A stretch of DNA of 64,000 nt from Haliotis rubra (lineage: Eukaryota), in assembly GCF_003918875.1 (NCBI RefSeq), contig NW_025765891.1:62001-126000 (forward strand), read 5' to 3'. Positions 57,063 to 64,000 of the stretch are shown here, piece after piece. Position 1 is the stretch's first letter. Every line of letters begins with the position of its first letter. Below the pieces are notes generated by a model. That model was not told where the DNA came from, searched no databases, and saw nothing but the letters and a program-made list of their open reading frames with translations. The position numbers and the translations under genes are program-made.

Positions 57063-60000
57063 TTGTTGCAGGATATACATTTTGTAGGCTCTATCATCTC
57101 TTAGGATGTGATTAGATACCTTAGATGGTTCACTAGGTCACTATCAAATCAAAAGTGTATTTTATCCACAAATTACTGTTGATATGGTTGAAGAGACAGA
57201 GAGGATGAATGGTTAGAAATGTTTACTTGTATGCTGGTTGCCTGTATTTGTTTTGGGAAGGATGAAATCCTGCCATTGTTGTGATAATACTTGCTGAATT
57301 TATAATATATAGTATTCCATGAAGAAATTATGCCATTGTCATGCACTAAAGGTGATATAATGAGCAAGGTTAGATTGAGTATTATTCACCAGTTACATGC
57401 AGGGTGAACATGAAGGGTTGGTTCTCCTGGGGAATCCAAACATCGGTTGTATAATACCCAAGGCAAATCCTGAATATGTAAAACTCATCTAGCATAATCA
57501 AAGTTGCTATTTCCACATGTCACTATGAGTATGAACTGTATGGCAACATGAATCTTGTCATGCGCACCAATGACAAAATTGGCTCTTGAGTATTGTGGCA
57601 AATCACAACATGCAAAGTTTTATGAAATTGCTTTTAAACATAAATGTTTGATTCCAGAGTGCCTGATACTATATGCCCAGTGAGGAGTGTGTTACATGAA
57701 CACTTGGTGTGACATTGCTCAAACTTAATGCATGATATGCGAGTCATTCGATCAGTCCTCTAACGAATCATTCCATATTGTCTGTCATCTTTTTTTGCTG
57801 GTTGCATAGGAGATATCGTTTGGGAGAGATCTGTGAAATCATTTGCAGACCATTGTGAATTCATTCGATAACAAGACATTGCGATCTCAAAACGTAAAAG
57901 TTGGGAGACAAGTATTTCAAGTATTAAATGGAATCTTACTCAAGAGTCTGTTGATATAAATGTATCAATTCTCATGGATTAATGTTTAAAACTCCTCAAC
58001 AAGTCTCGGACAGTTAGACCTTTATCGACTCCTGTTGATATTTTCTTTGAGAGGCATTTTAGAAGTTGAGAAGAAGTAAAATCAAGTTGTATGGATAGTC
58101 AACTTCTTTATTGCAACATTCTGTTGATAAGTTTGGTGGTTTCCTTTATCAGTCGGGATCCATCAGTGAAGCAGTCAGAGTCACATGAAGTGAAGCAGTC
58201 AGAGTCACATGAAGTGAAGTAGTAGTTTCTAAGGTTACCCGTCACCAGTGTGTATGTTGCCAGCAGGGTCATGGACAACCTTCATCAAAGATATTAGCTT
58301 ACGAAGCTGCATCCCTTGGACTTTGGAGACCTGTGATTAGTTTTCCCTGATCATGTTTTTCGGTGTCTATCACTGGTAAAGGTCTGAGCCCTGCTTCATT
58401 TCTGGTCTGCTTCATTTCATTAGACGGACATGCTGTGATGTACTAGTAACTGAATATTGGAAAAGTTGCATTTAGCCTGGCACACTCGCTCAGTCTGTTG
58501 CCCAGCTGTAATGAACTAGAAAAGTCTGTGCTTAGCCAGTGTCACTTGGAACAACATCATATGTGAGTGATGCTTTGGAATTTCAGTTAAGTCAGGAACA
58601 ATGGCCAGGGGTAACAAATGTTCAGATTCAAATGCTTGGATATCAGATGATGTCTCTGTGGAGGGCTGTAATTCAGGCTGATTCCACCAGTTTCTGAATC
58701 CAAGTTTTTTAACTGTTACAATTGCAGCACAAATTCCATCTTACCTTGTTTTACACCAACATTCCTTATGTCCTTTGTAATGTAAGCACATGAAAGAAAT
58801 ATAAGATGTCTTTAATTTTGGGTTGGAAGTGATATTGGGGGCCTCAGTCTGAATGTCTTGTGTAAGATCAGGCCTTCCTGAGTATAGGGGTGTGCCACAG
58901 GGGGTGTAGTTCTTAATGTTGATGAAATACATTTTGAATCCTTGCCTTGCATCCCTTGGGCATGCCAGAAACCTTTGATTGTGGGTTTGATCTCAGTTCC
59001 CCATTTTTATGTTTCAAGGTTCATCAGCATCATATTTGTGGTAAACATATGAGACTCACATCACATCATACGTTTCTCACATGAAAGCTGAAATACTGTG
59101 ATATAACTGAAATACTGTTAAAGGGTGGCTTTAAACACAACTCACTTACTCATCCGTTTGACAAGCATATATTTCAGGTTGTCTGCCCTTGTCAAACTGT
59201 TCCAGTGTATGGATTTTGTGCCTCAGAAACAAATGTTAATTGTTTTTAAAGTTCTGCCTTTTCAAGTGCTTAATGCTTTTACTTGTATTAACTTTTGTTC
59301 GGTAAGCTGTACTATATATTTTACACAATGTGTGGTGTGGTGGCCAAGTGGGTTAAGTGTTTGCTGCTCCTCATACAGAAACTATGGATTGGATTTCCAC
59401 GTTGTCACAATTTATTATGTCCATTTTCTAGTGTGCCACTCTGTGATCTTGTTGAAATAGTCCTTTAAGTGGGACAACACCCAACTTGCTCACATTTCAT
59501 ACAAACTCATATTGGAACGAAAACTAATGTGTTTTGTTCATATGTATTGAAATGCTTGAAATGAATTAAAATAGAGATATAATTAAAATCATGCTCTTAT
59601 GATTTTGTGTGATATTGTGTTAGCTAATTTATCTGCAATTCATAGGCTCCACAGTTTAATATGATAGTATTAGTTAATCTTAATGCCAATATCGCTTTAT
59701 CTAGGAATCGGTTACTGGGTGTCTTTCTGTGACCAGGTGAGAGGAAAGACAACAAATATTTGTGGAGATCCATGACTGAACATTGCCATATGTGGAGATC
59801 CTGTTTATATTTCTGCATATATATTTAAAAGATGTGTCAAGTCTGTGTTTGGTTTTCCTTCTAAAGGAGGATGGCCAAGTGGTCTTGACTGAGCAAATCT
59901 CCAAGCATAGTTATGTCCCTTTGCTGTCAGGATTCACTGGTCTGGGAGTGAAAACCAGATTTGCCTGGAATATGATTCATGGCTAGTAAAAACCATATCT

Positions 60001-62799
60001 ATACTTCTGGGTCTCTACAAAGTTGACGCCACGAGTAGCTGGAAAATTGCTGATGTGGCGTAAAGCAACATTCATTCATTCTCTACAAAGTTGTAAACAT
60101 TTAGACCTGCCACCACTGTGGCACCGCATTGGTCACCCCACCTACTAATGGGCAACAACTGCAGTACCTTCTCAGGTCCAATGTGTTACCAGATGGGTAG
60201 CCCAGACTTTAATGCTTGTCATTACTTTTAACACCAATCAAGGAGCAGTTCTATGTTTTGATGTTGAATATGACTCTTTAATGTTTGAAACATAACCCTG
60301 TACATTTTCCCCATTTCCTGTTTTTGTAAATAAGCTCAGAGATTTTTAGTGCCTAAATCAGAAATCTTTGTTCCAGCCTACAGATGTTGAACCAATCCCT
60401 GTACTATTGTACGTATACTCAGTGATGGACAGTCCTAGAGCAGCTAGCTGTGTGTGATATTGTTTGTGGCTGATTGAGGACTGAAGGATTTCATTATCTG
60501 TAATATGAACATGCTTCACACAGCCACAAAAACATGTATGCCAGTGACAACAAAACTGTGACAACTGTTTTTATTTGATAGGTTTCTTTATACGTATGTC
60601 ATGTTCATGGAGCATGTTATATATATGTTGAATTGTGTTTTAGTCTGGTACGTCCGTTTGCTGTGTGTTTTGTTATAAATCTGATAAATGCATCTGTTTT
60701 TAGTCAGGTACACGTTTATATGAATTTAGGAATTAAGATAGGTCATAAGAGACCCATTCAGCTCACTCATTGCACAGTATTGCATCATTTGGTCATGCCG
60801 GAAATCTCTGATTGTGGGTTCAAATTTCGTGTCACCCTGTTTAGATTTCTGTCAACACCCTGGTCGTGAGTTTCAGCAATTGTGGTAGTTGTCTGAGGCT
60901 TCTCACATCAAGCTGTCCAGCTGTGATATAAAACAGTCATAAACCCAACTCACTCACTGTCAAATACGGGTGAAAATACCCTTATGAAGGTGAACAATAC
61001 TGGATGTGCTTTCTTTGTCACAACTATGGGTTAGAATTGGTCTCCTGCAACCTATGTTGGTCACTAGAGGCCACTTACCAGATTGGATGGTCAAGCTCAC
61101 TGACTTATTTGATCACTGGATTGGCTGGTCCAGGCAGGAAATCCCTGAGTGCAGCATAAACAATAAACACACAGCATAATGTTATTTAACAAACAAAAAA
61201 CAACTGTATTTAAGCTATGCAGATTCATCTTTTACCAGCACACAGACAACTTTGTGATGTAACTTTGCTCAATATGCTATGCAGGAACCTGTCCTTGATC
61301 CAGGGTTTGTGAAGACCTAGTCAACTAATTGTGATAACACCATTAATACAGGTAGGCTTGGAGGCTTCATGGAGATGAAGGCTTCCATGACCTGTGTCAG
61401 TTTGACTTTCTTACTCTTTCACAACTGCTCAGGTCGATATCTCTCAAGTACTGTCACAGCTTTTAATATAGCAGAGGTGGCACAGAGATCAAGGCCAATA
61501 TTGTATGAGTTGTGTCCCTTTGGTGTGCAAAGCCGCTCTTGTCATGGGCTGAAACATAAGAATTGATTATGATAAGAGTTTTAACTCAATACCTGTGTTC
61601 TTGTTTCCCCCACAGTGATATTGCTGGAATTCACTCACTCACTCACCAATACCTCTGCTTGAGGGTGGCACAAAGTCAAATATGTGCATCAAGCCTTTTC
61701 CTCTACATGAAGCTGACATATAAGAGATATGTAGAGTAAAATTAATTTCGCCGGTCTCCCAACATACATTTTAATATATGATTATTAATATTTGCTGATG
61801 TTTGTATATGATAAGCCTGAGATGAGGACCTCTATGCGAAAGGTGCTACCGACTTACAGGTAGATATCTGACCCCTTCTTACAAAAAAGGTAGATGTTGG
61901 TGAGATATGCTAGTTCTGTCAAACTGAATCACATGCCTGATTTTGTGCTAGTCACAGCTTACCAGAAAGAGACCAGATTTCACTTTCTGTGACGAGTGAT
62001 ATTGAACAAATTATTAATCAGAATAAATGACGAATACTGTGATGCATGCTGGAACATTGAAAAATGGAATATTTGTTACAAATCAAACTTGTTCATTGTC
62101 TCTGTTATTTGATAACACTTATGAATGATCCGTGATGACACAAGTTATTATTGTTATCAGATTTCATGTTTTCTCTTCTTATTGCTTCATTGTTTACACA
62201 GTGCAAACACACACTGTTGCATAATGATTGCCATTTCTTGATCATGTCAACTTGTTCCAAAACAAATAAATGCAGATGAAATATATATATTGTTGTTTTG
62301 TTTTCCTATACACATGTTTGTTTAGCTGAGAAGTGAAATGTTTATAATGGTGTGCACAAATGTACTGAAGAGAATGACCCTCTGCTTGTCAGATATTGAG
62401 TGGCCCTTCCTTGAACATTTTTCTTGACTCTCCCCAAAAAGACAGAATTCATAGCAATTTTATATTTTATCGTGAAAAGGCCGATTTTTCGTAAACCTCC
62501 TAAATATGTGCATTATGTTATGCATTATGGACCAGACTCAAGAGATTGTCATATTATTTTTGGTTTTTTATGTTTTCCTCTGATTTACCTGGCCACCATG
62601 CCCTTTAATAAGGACCAGTCCCTAAATCAGTTTATTGATGGCTGAAAGTACAAACTGTGTCAAAAGACTAGATAAATGATGAAAATGTTGAGTTGTGTAC
62701 TTGACAATTTGTGAACTAGTTGAGTACCCAGGGATTATGTGGCAGAGTGGTACGCTAACTGGGGCAGTTGTGAATGTTATGCGCTCTCATGCAACATGG

Positions 62800-63745
62800 T
62801 CTTGATAAATGTGGAGACACGGCCTAGTTTCCAGGATAACCGAGACAAGCCGAATAGCGAGGTTACTGAAAGGGGCGAGTGGTGACGAATGATATAGCGA
62901 GTGACGACGTTGTGTTACTGTCAGTGATACCACTGCTATCCTTGTTGCCACGCCCCTTTCTGAACGTAGTCAGTGAGAAATGGCAGGGTCAGTGCCGACC
63001 ATCACTCTTAGCACTGGACAACACATGCCGGTGCTGGGGCTTGGGACATTCAATAAGTTTAAAGTAAGTACGAAATACTAAGTAGGATTTTAGCTAAGTT
63101 TTTCGAGAAGGTAAGGGACATTTACGGTATACACGACAGTGATTCATTCCCGTGAGATCTGTGCATCATGACACTTTGTGTCAATTAAATTTATGAAAAT
63201 ATATTGAAAATAGAATATACTAAAGTGTACGTACACTGTCGTTTTTAAATGTCGAATCTGCGTTCCATAACGCTCATTGTCGTAAACCCTCTAAAAAGAC
63301 ACCAGAAGAAAGCCTACCGGAAATCGGCTGGAAACCTTTTAAATATGCACTGGTGTTAAATGCAAGAAACAGTTAAATATATTTTAAGTTACTTTAAGAT
63401 ATTGTCAAGTGAAGCTGAATTAGGGGGTCAGGGGATCTTTAGCTTTCCCAAACCAGTGTTGCGAGGAAACGCGTCATTTTTTCGGGATGTTTCCATGGTA
63501 ACCATGTTATTTTTCAGAGCACCAGAAAGCTGCATATATAGGAGTAATATCTGCACTATGAATAGTGATTTCATCATTTTTGAGAATGTATGTGCGTTGA
63601 AAATTTCTTCATATATTGTTGGTATGTCAACACAAATGACACCAGCTACATCGGTTCAGAGCTCAGTCACTATTTTATTAAACCAGATGGTGCCCAAATG
63701 AAAAGTGTCAAATAATATGATTTGAGGGGGCGTTACCGTGGCAAC
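62800..63745 (+). promoter_or_regulatory. Candidate promoter and 5' exon(s) of a downstream gene, with two RFX X-box motifs
   Basis: Locally CpG-richer; AG|gtaagg donor at 63111; X-boxes gtttccatggtaac (63489-63502) and gttaccgtggcaac (63732-63745). Confidence 0.35.
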
Positions 63746-64000
63746 AAGGACATTCAATGACACTCTGTATGTGAATAAATCAAAGATCACATTTACATTT
63801 TGCTTTATGCATATGTGTTAGAGTTTATCTGTGTATCAAACAAATCAACCGTTTACAAACCGTCTTTGGTTTTTAACAAAACTCGGAAAGTCATTGAAAG
63901 TCCTGTATTAATTTCAGATGGAAATACCCCCCTTCCCTCCTCAACCCCTTCAAATCGTATTATACATCATTTTTCATCTTTACAACATCGGATTCTATAA

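Noticed and set aside
56480-57097. Cys/His-rich repetitive minus-strand ORFs
   Set aside because: Antisense reading of the 3' UTR minisatellite.
63360-63701. 113-aa ORF near the window end
   Set aside because: No recognisable domain or coding bias; it overlaps putative promoter or UTR sequence.

Overview
AT-rich, intron-containing animal genomic DNA. The SINE and MITE repertoire suggests a mollusc, but that is inference. There is one assembly gap at 36552-36683. Four spliced protein-coding genes were reconstructed by hand from GT-AG boundaries and consistent exon phases: (1) a 232-aa ARL9/ARL10-like Arf-family GTPase with an N-terminal hydrophobic anchor (minus strand, 4 exons, 4669-16138); (2) a 252-aa p33MONOX/KIAA1191-like gene lying head-to-head with it (plus, 20389-24249); (3) a 377-aa galactose-3-O-sulfotransferase-like gene (plus, 31600-34505); (4) a 541-aa BC-box plus cysteine-containing LRR protein, AMN1/FBXL-like (plus, 10 coding exons, 43337-56720). 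The rest is dense in mobile DNA: an internally deleted DIRS1-type retroelement with intact ITRs and ICR, a Penelope-like fragment with minimal hammerhead motifs, RTE-X-, L2- and Tx1/L1-like LINE ends, a Tc1 fragment, several SINE families, hAT-, Harbinger- and Helentron-like non-autonomous elements, and many minisatellites. The most unusual observations are: a 69-bp (23-codon) tandem array that multiplies a splice acceptor of the LRR gene seven times; a pseudoknot-forming non-tRNA SINE head that is itself tandemly amplified; and a ~510-bp non-coding element with a DIRS-ICR-like or Helentron-like end architecture.
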